A stretch of 63,569 bases of DNA, filler included, from Phoronis australis (lineage: Eukaryota; Animalia; Phoronida): the NCBI GenBank assembly GCA_002633005.1. It is 4 parts of 4 records of this genome, joined end to end, with 100 filler letters (N's around TTAATTAATTAA, not from the genome) between each part and the next. Parts side by side here need not be neighbours in the genome. Positions count along the whole stretch, not along the records: positions 1 to 18,927 come from NMRA01000008.1; 3 more parts are not named here. One strand, written 5' to 3'. The position numbers were made by a program, and so were the translations under genes. The notes under the pieces are model-generated. The model was not told where the DNA came from. It was given only the letters and a program-made list of their open reading frames with translations, and did no database searches. This document shows positions 1-13,400 of the stretch, one piece after another. Position 1 is the stretch's first letter. Every line of letters begins with the position of its first letter.

Positions 1-1126
1 ATAATTTTCGACCAAGCCTTTCATGTGCGCTTAGTTGCCGATAGACTCAACAGATGTCAGTATAATCAAGATTGAAATGTAGAAGTTTGAAGAAAATTAG
101 ACAAAATTTTGTATTTAACATGGGGTGGCCGAAAATTGCCAATTTTGGCCTTTTGCCTATCAGTTTATCATCGTGTAGACTACCATTAGTGGGTCTAGTT
201 AATTCGAAGTTTTTGATTAAATCACTCATAATATTCATACCAGTATACTAATAAACACTTTCTCAATATATAACAGCTTGATAACAAAATTCTAAGTAGT
301 GCGTACAAAAAAGATTGGCTCATGACAGGCCCGGCCCGGTCCATAACGGTATGGGAGCTAAAATTCAGCTCTAAACCAAAGTACTGAGCTATGTGCGGAA
401 AACTCACCTGAGGTTTTTACGATCCACTTCAGAGGAAAAAACCTCGTTGTACCTAACAATAATTTGTTTCCGAGTACTTCGGGCATGGTTTAAAATTGAA
501 AGGGGTCATTACAAGTTGAATTTATGAGAATTGTATTGTTGCCATTGCGAACTGAAAACTAGTCGATTGAGGTAGTGCGAGATAAGGCAAGCTTTGATTT
601 GCTTACGAGTGTTGACTCATGATATTGGCCAGACATCTGTAATAATATGTTTTGTCTTTCCTTTTTAACGGAATATATTTGAACTTTGGGCTACAAAATG
701 TAGAACAACCTTCCTGGTCTTTCGTCTCCAGTAGACACGCGGAGCGTGAAGCGCTAACTGGTCCATAAGCGATGATACGCAGAGAACCTGGCGGATGACC
801 TAGTTTACGAATTGCTGGTAATGCCTTTCATGCTGCACAAACGGAAGTTGTTATAGTGAACTGGTTCAAGTACCTATAGCGACCTATGCACATTCAAGCT
901 ATTCGTTGTTGTCAAGTCTTGTGAATCCAAATCTAGGTCAAGTTGCAAAATCCTGCCCCGTGGTACTTTACCGTGTCAATTCCTCCACAGTATAAGTCCT
1001 TTGGAGTTTAGCCCTATTTGCTTTTCCCGACGCATGCCAAATTACACGCTGAGGTTTTTGTGCTATCCTTTGTCAATCATCAGGGGGCTTCGCTCCTGAT
1101 CGAGTCTCGATAAGGAATTAGTGTAT

Positions 1127-1464
1127 CATAGGCGGATTTAGGGGGCCCAGCGAGCCCGGCTCCCCCCCTCCCCTTGGCTGTCACAAAAAGAATAAAACAG
1201 CAAGATCGTGAGGAAATATTGAGTTATTAACAATTAACCCTGGGAGGGAGGAGCTCAGACCCGATTGCAATTGTGTCCGATTCAGACCACCGGCGCAATC
1301 GTTTCCCCGTTTTCTTTTTTGTCCTCCGTTTGTTTTTTAGAAGGTCCACATACTCAGAAACTTCGAGCTCCCTGTCTTTTAGGCTGGGTGCCTGTAACAC
1401 GATTGCCCGAGACATAATGTTGCGCCCCGGCCCCCCTTATGATATCCTAGTAGATCCGCCAATG
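1127..1464. mobile_element. MITE with CA(T/G)..GCGGATC-type TIRs; related fragments near 2450-2680, 17706-17940, 18670-18850, 27436-27590 and 43860-44110
   Basis: CATAGGCGGATTTA ... TAGATCCGCCAATG, flanked by a TGTAT direct repeat; the other fragments share GCGCACCCAGCCTAAAAT or GGATCCAGGATTTT motifs. Superfamily not determined. Confidence 0.55.
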
Positions 1465-2005
1465 TGTATTCATATACTAATGTTTCAGTTCCCATGCTAT
1501 CAGCTTCTTAAAAGCCCGGCGTTTTTTGTCCTGTTTTTTTCTTCTCGCGAGTATATGTGTCTGTATTAGTGCTCTTTCAAGACCGTAGTTTTATTTCAAT
1601 TTTGACGAACTTATATCGGATGTGGAAGTTTCAAAGTTTAGAAATTGAGACAACTGAATGAAATCTTAAACTTAAGTCAAAGATGAACGTTAACCAGTTT
1701 CTTGGAACGAGACCCTGACTTCCATGAGCTTTTGTTCAGTGATGAAGAACTACAACTTAATTGTTCCTGTAGCACGGACAGTGGTGAAAGAACAGTGAGC
1801 CAATCTGTGCTTTGGAAGCGCTTGCACACAGCCAGAGCCGTAGGACACCAGTCGTCAAGATTCATGTTATCAGAATGGAAGAGATAAACAGTTTCGGTGG
1901 TCAGGCTTCGGCAGTTTTTGCTGCAGTGAAATGACAGTCATTCAAATGAGTGCTTTCGTGCATGCACCCTTTGAAATGGAGAGCTCCGTTCTTTGTTCGG
2001 AAATT

Positions 2006-4996
2006 GTTTTTAATGACACATTAGCCTATAGAAAATGTGATCCTTGTGGAGTTTCATTTGGGAGTAACTATTTGCTGTTATGTAAGAATCATTAGACTTC
2101 TTACACGCCATATGTTGCCTAGGGTTCCATTATGTTCCCTAGAGTCTACGGGTACAGAAAACAAACCAACTCACGTGACTGTTTCCCGTGTAAGTAGATG
2201 GGAGAGTACTGAGAACTGTTTTTAAACAGGTTCAGAAACCTATATTTTTCGAAGCATATCAACAATATCGTCAAAAATTGCCGTTACGCTTTTACCAAAA
2301 TTGTAAAGTTCATTTTTTCTCCGTGAAAACCGCTTTTGCTTGATTTCGGAGCGCATTTGAAAATGACGATTATTTTAGTATTAATCCGACAAGACCAGCC
2401 ACGTTTTTACAAAGTCCTCCAGGGTCAACATTGACGTAACTATAATCTATGCATGCGCGCACCCAGCCTAAAATATAGGGGGGCTCGAATTTTTGAGAAC
2501 GTGTACCGCTTTTACTAAAAAACGGGGTACGTTCAAAGCTATGAATTGTGCATTCACCGAATTCCAGCCTTTTTAGTGGACTTTTGTCTCGTTTTCTCGG
2601 ACTTTTTGATTCTCTGAGGCGGACCTTTGTCCTCACTTCGCCAAATAGGAGGGCTCATCCAAACCCCCCGGCCCCTGCATGTCAACGGCTGCCGAAACAA
2701 GTTCAGTGTGAGAAATACGGAGCAGGATTTCTTAGGCAACCTCCCTTACGGAAATGTCCGGTTGTGACGATGACAGATAACAGACGTGGAGCCATTTTAT
2801 ACAGCCTCCAGTTTCAAAACGCCACTTAGTGAAGTGGATGAACTTCTCACAATAAGAGATCCACTGGTCGAAGATCTCGACACGAGAACGTGTTTGAATT
2901 TTTAGAATTTGGCGGGTTTTTTTGATGTTTTAATTTTCACTTGAGTTTCAGAATATTGAATTTGTTTCTTTAACCAATCGTAAATAAATTTGCTGACTTG
3001 GAAATGTATTGTTCTTTCCTGCGTAGAATATAAATAGGTAAATAAAACAACAAGAATGGATCAACTAAAATTTTCGGATGTAATAACGTCCTTTGTCAAC
3101 AAAAACAGAAATAAAGTAAAATAAAACACTATATGACAATTGACATTTAAGATATGGTGTAATGAATATGAAACATTTTTGCGTAAAAAATTCAATGATA
3201 TAATTTAAGAAGTTTTTATGCGTGATATGGTTTGACGAGTATATAGCACGCGGTTTGAAGGTAGATACATGAAGGATAACAACAGTTTGTTACGGTGAAA
3301 TTAGTCTCAGCTTGCACCATGCTCAGATGGGAACTGATTTCTGGGTTTTCGAGACTATGCTCGGCGTATAAAATGACCCGCCGTGACAANNNNNNNNNNN
3401 NNNNNNNNNNNNNNNNNNNNNNNNNNNNNNNNNNNNNNNNNNNNNNNNNNNNNNNNNNNNNNNNNNNNNNNNNNNNNNNNNNNNNNNNNNNNNNNNNNNN
3501 NNNNNNNNNNNNNNNNNNNNNNNNNNNNNNNNNNNNNNNNNNNNNNNNNNNNNNNNNNNNNNNNNNNNNNGTTTTTAATGACACATTAGCCTATAGAAAA
3601 TGTGATCCTTGTGGAGTTTCATTTGGGAGTAACTATTTGCTGTTATGTAAGAATCATTAGACTTCTTACACGCCATATGTTGCCTAGGGTTCCATTATGT
3701 TCCCTAGAGTCTACGGGTACAGAAAACAAACCAACTCACGTGACTGTTTCCCGTGTAAGTAGATGGGAGAGTACTGAGAACTGTTTTTAAACAGGTTCAG
3801 AAACCTATATTTTTCGAAGCATATCAACAATATCGTCAAAAATTGCCGTTACGCTATTCCCAAAATTGTAAAGTTCATTTTTTCTCCGTGAAAACCGCTT
3901 TTGCTTGATTTCGGAGCGCATTTGAAAATGACGATGATTTTAGTATTAATCCGACAAGACCAGCCACGTTTTTACAAAGTCCTCCAGGGTCAACATTCAC
4001 GACGTAACTATAATCTATGCATGCGCGCACCCAGCCTAAAATATAGTGGGGCTTGAATTTTTGAGAGCGTGGACCGCTTTTACTAAAAAAAACGGGGTAC
4101 GTTCAGAGCTATGAATTGTGCATTCACCGAATTCCAGCCTTTTTAGTGGACTTTTGTCTCGTTTTCTCGGACTTTTTGATTCTCTGAGGCGGACGTTTGT
4201 CCCCACTTCGCCAAATAGGAGGGCTCATCCAAACCCCCCGGCCCCTGCATGTCAACGGCTGCCGAAACAAGTTCAGTGTGTGAAATACGGAGCAGGATTT
4301 CTGAGGCAACCTCCCGTACGGATTAAATGTCCGGTTGTGACGATGACAGATAACAGAAGTGGAGCCATTTTATACAGCCTCCAGTTTCAAAACGCCACTT
4401 TGTGAAGTGAATGAACTTCTCACAATAAGAGATACACTGGTGGAAGATCTCGACACGAGAACGACTTTAAATTTTTAGAATTTTGCGGGGTTTTTTGGAT
4501 GTTTTAATTTTCACTTGAGTTGCAGAACATTGAATTTGTTTCTTTAAACCAATCGTAAATAAATTTGTTGACTTGGAAATGTATTTTTCTTTCCTATGTA
4601 GAATATAAATAGGTAAATAAAACAACAAGAATGGATCAACTGAAATTTTCGGATGTAATAACGTCCTTTGTCAACAGAAACAGAAATAAAGTAAAATCAA
4701 ACACTATATGACAATTGACATTTAAGATATGGTGCAATGAATATGTTACATTTTTGCGTAAAAAATTCAATGTCAATGATATAATTTAAGAAGTTTTTAT
4801 GCGTGAAATGGTTTGACAAGTATATAACACGCGGTTTGAAGGTAGATACATGAAGGATAACAACAGTTTGTTACGGTGAAATTAGTCTCGGCTTGCACCA
4901 TGCTCAGATGGGAACTGATTTCTGGGTTTACAAAGAGCTGGCAGCTTGTTATTCCTCGAGACTATGCTCGGCGCATAAAATGACACGCCATGACAA
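2006..4996. repeat. ~1.4-kb near-identical direct duplication around a gap (2006-3389 and 3571-4996)
   Basis: Same sequence with scattered SNPs/indels; the duplicated ORF-track entries (2037/3602, 2548/4118) confirm it. Confidence 0.9.
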
Positions 4997-5018
4997 GTCA
5001 ACTCATGATTAGCGCCTG

Positions 5019-5416
5019 GGCCCGGTCTCCAATCTTTTTACTCGAAATGGAACTCGAAATTAGGTTTGGCATTTTCTACTCTACTTTTGGGCGAACCCAA
5101 GATAAGTGTCTATTATTCTATGCTCGAGTACACAATAACTTACGTAGATAATTTATTGCCCTTACTTCACAGTTTGTAAACCCAATATTAAAGCAAGTTC
5201 GAGTTTGAACTCGAAATTTCGAATTTTTACTCGAGTTTGTAGCACGAATATAAGGGTCTTCAAGGGCAAACTTGAACTAGAAACTCCTATGCATAAACTA
5301 TAATGTATTCGAGCACAGTCTGATAACCAATTATCTTAAGTTCGCACAAAAGGAGCAGAGAAATTGCCAAAAATAGTTTCTAGTTCGTTTCGAGTACAAA
5401 GATTAGAGACCGGGCC
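5019..5416. mobile_element. PIF/Harbinger-type MITE
   Basis: TIR GGCCCGGTCTC.AATCTTT.TACTCGAAA at both ends, CTG direct repeat on both sides; a related decayed copy lies near 49000-49290. Confidence 0.75.
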
Positions 5417-7361
5417 CTGGTCTGGTGTAATAACAAGCTTTCAGTTCCTACAAAGCCGATTTCAGTTCAGATTTGAAAAAGAAAACATTTTTAAGACCAA
5501 TTTCATAACGGGAAGTGTTCTATATCAAAATTTAGTCTTTGTAATACAAGGAGGATTTACGGTCTTTTTATTATTTTAGCGTTTGGAGCTTATCTGACTA
5601 TTCCGAAACGAGAGTAAGAATTCTTTGAAAACTAATGTACCACAGAACAGTCGTATGGCAACTAATATGTTAGATGCTCTCGGAAAGTAACTCGGAAGAC
5701 GTGCATTTGTGATCGACGTTTAACAAGCAAATTTAAACACCTATCTTGGCACCCTCTATTCTATTGTTGCGACACCATGATCAAAGAATGTGCCTAGCAA
5801 ATTGACGATTGCAACTCCTAACAGAACACTGCACAAAAAATGAAAACACGCATTAAACACGTCATTCATCGCAATAGCAATTTAGCCGTGCTTTAAGGTG
5901 TTAAATACAGGTTCAAACACGTGACACAACTGTGAACTTAAGTTTTGAAAACATCATTCATCACAGTGTCATTGATCTAATCATCCAACTGGCACTACTG
6001 CGATCCAAGTATTGGATGAAATGACCCGTTTCATTTTTATAATCATTTACGGATTTTGCGCTACTTAAAAATACCACAAAATTTGGCTATATTTTTAAAA
6101 TAGATGTTGCAGGTTGTTCTGGACTTCATGGATCCCCAGAAATTGAAATGGTCCTCAAAAGTGTTTGAAGATTGCATCGACTGGACAACGTGTTTGGGGT
6201 GAGGGGAAAACATTACGTATTTATACATAACTAAAAGTGGATACCAGTAAAATTATATTTTTCCATTATTTTACTCTAGCAGTCATTAACATATATACAA
6301 TATGTATACACTTCACACCATCAACAGCTGCGCATAATTCATGCATTACTTGTCCATAACACATAATGCACACTGTGATGCCTCTTCACGTTTTTAAACA
6401 TATTTAAGGCAGATAACAGACTAATTCCAATTTGTTTCCAACAAAACTCTACAGAGGGTCCTCGTCCAAATTAGCACCCATTGTCAGCTTAAAGCTCACC
6501 TCCGAAATTTCTAAATATCCACTTTTGAATGCATATTTTCAGCATAACGCCCACCCAAAAGTCACATAATTGAGAACGCCTTCGAGAGCTAGTCTCTTTG
6601 TGAATGTCCTCCTGAGAAATTTAGCTCCCAAAACTCACTTAACATTGTGTAACGAATAGTCAGTTTCAGCACCACCTTGACAAATTCCTACTTTTTACTG
6701 AAAGAGACCTGAAATGCTTCATTTTGCTCAAATATTTTCTGATAAAAACTTGTGCACAAAACATTGTGAAGACATTTGCGTGAATTGATTGTTTTTAAAT
6801 GACCATACTTTGTTGTCCAACCCGATTTTTGAACATCCAACTTAAGCGTTAACCCACATGAGTACGATGTCCTCGGAATATTGGTGAAATTCTGTGCGCA
6901 CCGAAGATTTTCTTCATGATTTTCACCACAACCATTACAAAGGTAAACAACATTGATAAGCCTTCAGAATTCGCTTTGAAAATCAGAGGTCAAGCCCATT
7001 CATTTTGTTCAAATACAGTACATACCAAAAAGTAATCCAACACAAAACAGTTCACCAGTCATCAAATTCTGCTTACTATGAAAATGACAAAACATGACCC
7101 AACATGACTGGTATTTTTCACTGTCTTATTGCAGCACATTTCCAGTCATTGATGGGCGTGACGAACGGTTATTTAATCGCAGTGATAGCTCCAACACACA
7201 CTGTTAGGACATGTTCTCGCAACCTCATTGGCTGGAATTACTTGATTGACATGTGGTAACTATCCATTCCCAGAGCTCTCAGCCATGGAATTCTGCACAG
7301 TTTTCTCCATTTACTTTTGGTAAGTATTGTAGATTTCTTCCTCCTGACTGAGAGCTCACTA

Positions 7362-7481
7362 TCAGAAGTTTATAACACCAAACAGTGTCGGTACCATGCG
7401 TAGTCCGTCAATCTGAGCCGAGAGGGCAGCACCGTAGGCATTCAATGTGCTCACATCTTGTTCCAGTTTGTTTTCCAGCTC
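7362..7481 (-). CDS. HMG20-like gene terminal exon 11 (ELENKLEQDV...PTLFGVINF*)
   Basis: gttttag acceptor, phase 0, 39 codons then TGA. Confidence 0.8.
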   Translation of the reverse strand, partial: ELENKLEQDVSTLNAYGAALSAQIDGLRMVPTLFGVINF

Positions 7482-10400
7482 CTAAAACAACAAAGTGGTG
7501 TACAATTATATCAAACGAGGCTTCCAAAGATGAAGAGCGATGAGTCCAGTCTCTAGAATGAATAGAAGGTGTGTCATTCGATAGCCCCAAGGGTCTAAGA
7601 TCCAAAATAATATATATTTCCTGTTACCAAAATGACAGTTTTAAAAGAGGTATTGATGATAATGCCATTATGTTCACAATACCCAATGTGTTACCAGTAA
7701 ACATTATTCCTTCAATCAAGTGCAAATTCTGTTTTCCTCTCCTTTGAAAAGCAGCAAAATCTGAACTTCAGTCAACAGTCCTTCTCTGAACAGGAGCCAT
7801 GACAACAATTCTGCAGTTTTGGAAAAATATGCCAGACCAGTGAAATTTTATTACAAAAATAACTTTTCAGGAAAATTTATTTTGCTGTTAACAAGTTTTG
7901 TACAGTAACACTGTTGCCAAACATTTTGTAAAATTTTGAGTATTTGCAGCAATGTGGTAAGTGGGCAAAACACAGAAAAATTAATTTCAGAAATTACTTG
8001 GTCCCAAATAGAAGCATTTTTACGGGAGCAAACTTGGACATGCAACACCCCCTATTGTTAACTCTGAGAAGCCTCCATGTTTACACTGGACACTTACCTT
8101 CAGTTCTTTGACTTTTTCTTGTAATGTTTGACTCTTCTTTATATTGGCTTGTAGAGTGCCCCTAAGACTTTGAATTTCCATTTCTCTTTCTAAAACAGCC
8201 ATGAGAAGAATATAAATTTGTCTTTAAAATACTTCTACTTTCCCTCAGCCTACCCTCACTTGTCTGAGATGAGTAGGTTGGTAGGCGAAATATTTCATTG
8301 TTTCATTTTCGTTGTAGGGCACCCTTGCTTTCATAGCAAAAATGCTCCATTTTCAAATGGAAAAAAATAATGTTTAGTCAGATTGCAAACAGAGCGCTTT
8401 AAGTCATGCATACATTTTACTGTCAATCGTGTGAGAAGCAACAAATTTAATTTAAATTTAGTCAACCTGTATTATTGAACAGACACAAATATCTGATGCA
8501 TGTCACCTCCATAACTAAGAATGAAAACAATACAGTTTTCTAGGACATCATTTTTCTTGATTTGGATTAAATACACGTCCTTAACCTAATTTTAAATTCC
8601 CCAACTCACAACAGCACTTCATGTCTCCTCAACATGTTCTTAATTCAACAAAACTCTTCTAATCAGTGTTCCCATGATCTTAACCATTTAGAAATTAAAC
8701 TTCTTCTGCCTGCAACCTCCAAAACATCAGGGAGTGTTTCCTGAAGAGTCTATTTTCTTTTGAATTTTGGCTAAACATGCGTCTCCGTATATGGCTAAAA
8801 GTCAAAAAATCCATCCACAACTCAAAGCCACAGGACAGAAATCTGCGCAGGAGCAGACTAAAAGCCAAAGCCAACTTTTGGCCAATATAGACTCTTCCAG
8901 AAACAGGTCCCTGGTAGGTCCCACAATTACAGTAATATCTGCGTTCACATGAGGGTCACATGGAGAAGAAATGGGACAATAAAAATGACAAGCATTCATG
9001 ATGTGTAGGGAAAGCTCACGTGGCTCTTCAAACATGGTCAGTGGCAGCCATTTTGCAAGTTTACACCAGCATGAAGTGCTCACACGCCGAAATCTTGTGA
9101 GATCTTGATCACTGGACTGGACAGCCTAGACTGTAATTTGCCTGTGAATTTTGAATACAAAACCTACAAAATCTCAGTATGGGTATACAACTGCTCCTTC
9201 TCATTATAAAACTAAGTGCTTACCATAATTTTTCTCTAAAAATGATGCTAAGAACACGTCTACGCTAAATATGTCTTCTTCTTCACTAATTGGCTTGAAG
9301 CCAACAGGTACATAAGGATGGTCTGATGGTGGAGGGTCACTCTCCTTCTCTTTTTCTTCAGCAATCTCCCCCTTTTCAACGGCCTTTTTGAATTCACCTA
9401 AATTGACAGTTGAACCACGTTAAGGTCGCTTAGTGTAAGACACATCTACTTATATGCACAATAGAATAGGTACGAAAATTGATAATCACAACCAACAGTT
9501 TTGTAGCTAAAATGACACTTGACATGATAAGCCCATGTCCATCCACTGTGTGTTGCTAGGGAACAACACTGCACAAGAAGGATTCGTAAATTTCATGTGA
9601 AAGATGGCGCTAGTGCAAAGGCCATTGGTTTGCACAATTTTGTTAATGGTCATACTGACTGGTAATAATTATTAGGGTGGCAAAATTTTAGTGACAGAAC
9701 GGCTTAGTCTTCTACTAACTTCCCTGCTAATCCCCTTTTGTTTTCAGTCATGAGAGACAACTACCCTGACGACGAATTTGGCTTCTGCCCTGCCTTCACG
9801 ATAGGAATTCTGGCTCAATCGATGTATGTTATGACTCATTCAGTACGAGTATAATATGCAGAAAATTATGAGTCATTACTGACCTTATTAGAGATGAAAG
9901 GTCAACGTTTCGCCAGCGTCTGCAGCGCAACCTCTGGTGGATTCGGTCAAAGTTGAGAAAATTGGTGGGAAACTTTAGTCAGAATCCTGTCCCAGGTGTG
10001 TGATAGGTTGAATCTCAAGCCCCCTCTTCAGTTCAAATCTGGATTTTAAATTCTTTCATATATATACTCCTTGACTCCCCATTCAAACAAATTTTTCTCT
10101 TTCTCAAGGATTAGAACACTGTCAAGGTCAAAGCTGCGACCAGAACCCTGACAGTGGGTAAATGTGACAAAGTCATAACTGTCACTGTAGCTAGACCGGC
10201 GATGTTCAGTCAACAGTGCTTTCAATGACTGCTTCGTTTCACCTACATAAGTTTCAGGACACTTTCCACTCTTCTCTTGGAGGTCAAGGAGTGTATTGAA
10301 AATCCATCTTTGAACCGAAGGAGGTTTGAGATTCGACCTGTCACACACCTAGATAGGATACTGACTAAGGTTTCCTGTTGATTTTCTCAACTCCGACCGA

Positions 10401-13400
10401 ATCCATCAGAGGTCGCACAGGCTTGAAAAAGCCAGCAGGCGCTGGCAAAACGTTGCCCTTTCATATCAAGTAAATTCTGTAACGACTCATAATTTTCTGC
10501 ACGTTATGTAATTCTGGCTCATTTGTCGGATTACTTATGGCATACACTGTACCATTTTGATCCTCTGGATGAGTTTACTTACTGGCAACATTATTAAGAT
10601 GGGTTTTACCAAGAAAGTGTTCTTTCCTATTGTGGTGGGAACTGAAGTATTGATTACACCATTTACAATACAGGGGAGCGGCCGAGTCCAGGCTATCCTA
10701 CAAACAAACAATTCAAGGCAATGAATCTCGCACAAGTCAACTTGAACTTCAAGATGTCTGCTCTTCGGTTAACTATGACATCTGCGTAACTCAACCCTTC
10801 AGATAAGCTGAATTTCACCTTTCCAGCTCTGACATTTGACAAAAAAATCAGTATAGTTTTGTCGTGAATCAGATAAAGATCTGCTAAAAATGTGTTTAAC
10901 CCACAACTTGATGACAATACTGTAATCTTGAAAATACAGTTAAAATTGTGAGTGCAGTACAACCATGTTTTGAGAAATTCTACCTGTCTAGTATGAACAT
11001 GTGCTTGATATATTCTAAGCAATGCCTAAACGAACATTGTTTCATATCATAACCAACTTACAGGTGCGTATTCGGCAGCTACATCACTTAGAGAATGGCT
11101 GTCTGAAATGCAAATGTGATAAATATTGGATTAATAAATTCAGACAATGAATTGATTTCTCCCGGGTCACATTGCCAACGAACCATGGGCAACCCTTCTG
11201 GGGCTCAATATGAACCTTTCAGAAGTGAAATCAGGGATGACAGTGAGAAGCAATATTGGTCACATTTTGATGAAATCAAAAACAAGAATATTAGCACAAG
11301 AAAATGGGAACTATGACATTGGAAAAACCTCAAGTGGCACGCTGCATCATAAAGAAGGACAGACACAGTCAATATTAAGCAGCAAAAAAAATTTTCAATC
11401 AAGTTCCTGGCCATAAAAATAATGCAATAACTGAACTTAGTTCCTAGTATCGCCGTGTGAAATTATAAGTACTTACTTGCTAAATTAAAAAGCCTTGAAA
11501 GTGGGTAGAACGCAGAAACAAATTATTGTTTCCACGTCAGAGAATGCTAGGTTGGTGACGTATCCTTGATAAATATTACTAATCTTCAAAACTGCACACT
11601 TGTGCACAATTCAAATCACTTATGGTACCAAAGTGCGTGGCCGACAGGCAAACATTCCACGTTTGAATCTCACAGGGGGCAGTGATTTGCTAAATGTGCA
11701 TTAGAACTTGTATTACTCGTTCCAAAAGCAAGACAGTGTAGAGTAATGTTTGGTAGATATAAATTCACAACAGACAGACATCACAATGCAAAGTTTCCAT
11801 TTTTCTGCAGAGAAACAGTTTTAAGCTTCATTCTGCCCTATCTAGTTGGCTAAAAACAAAAATCAAGGTCTTACAGAACTCTCATACAATTGGTCTAATA
11901 ATATTCATCATCACGATAGAACTCTGTTTCCGTTACCAATAACAACATCGAAACCATCAGAAACTGAAGAAACTGTTTTTAAAGCTAAAACAAAATTGAA
12001 GAATCAGAAATGGCACATTTAATCATTAAATGTGGCTTGAGTTGCTTATGAGAAAAGAATCTTGTTGCAGTAAGGAATACTATGACACTGATTTTATGAG
12101 AGCATGAGGGTGAATTTGATTTTCATTTTTTATCCAGCTAAATGGCTTATCAAAATATCAATGTATGATGTGACCTACAGATGGCATGCTGGCAAGACTT
12201 AAATGTTTGTAATGTATGCTTGTCACAGACATCTCATCATGGACACCACACACCATTTCTCTAAACAGCAAAACAAGTACCTCGTCCTCTTTTCCTACTC
12301 AGCCACAATTTAAATTCGTCCGTTTGTTGATATTTTTTCATGTCGTTTATATATCGTTCCTGGTCTTTCTCGGCCAAACCCTGGTATTTCTGGAATTAAG
12401 AACACAGCTAGTTAACATTCAGTTTGACGTACTTTTCTTGGACAAGGAGAGATCTCTCAGCTAGGAGAAAACTGACACAGCATTGATAGTAAGATTTAAT
12501 TCAAACTGTGATCAAACCCCAGATACAGTTACCAGTAGGAAACTTAGTGTTCATTTAACGGTTTTATTGCTGGTTAGTGACATTGCTACCTGATGGTAGT
12601 TTTATCTCAATAAACCGAAACGTTGACTACTTGGATCATGAATCGCCTCTCAGTTTTCATTTTCAACTTTTTCCTGGAAACTTAAGGTTACGTAGGACTC
12701 TAGAAAAATATCCAAATATGGCAAACTTCGGACATCATATCTCACTTTTAGACGCCCTTGCACGGTGTTTACCTACAAAAACCGTTGAGTTAAACGCTTC
12801 CCCCAACTTCACAAAAAAACATTTTTAAATGTCCATACTCGGCTTAACGCCAACCCTCTGATTTTAGTGCTCCCCAATCTACCGCCCTGGACATGAATCA
12901 GCTTGAGTATATTAACTTCCATTCAGTGTTCATTCCATAATTTCATATCTATAGGCCAATTGGACAACTGTGAAAAAATATAGGTCATTTTGAGAAAACG
13001 AGGGGCCAATGATAATTAATTCAACATCATCGTAATAAAACTTGTTGTCCAGAAACGAGTGTCATAAAACAGGCTTATCAGCATATTCGATAGATTTGCC
13101 ACAGATATTAGGAATTGCAATGTATTTCTTCTATGTAAACAAATTTTGTTTTTAAAACACAATGACAGGGATTTTACCAATTAACAATTAATTTATGGTA
13201 GAACTTGTCTTCTATTGATGAAGGACCAACACTGCAAAACTTGATTTGATAATCAGTTTGAAAGAAATTTACAGTATCTGCCCAGATATAAGCCCATGGG
13301 CTGTAACTGAGAGCTACAAAAGAGGAGGTGGGTTTATACCAATGTGAGCTCATGAGGAACCCAGTCCGGGTAAAAATTTACCATCCGATGATGATTGTCG

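Noticed and set aside
2006-4996. 1.4-kb direct repeats as LTRs or a real tandem duplication
   Set aside because: The copies directly flank an N-gap and differ at allele-like levels, with no TG...CA ends or PBS; most likely uncollapsed haplotypes.
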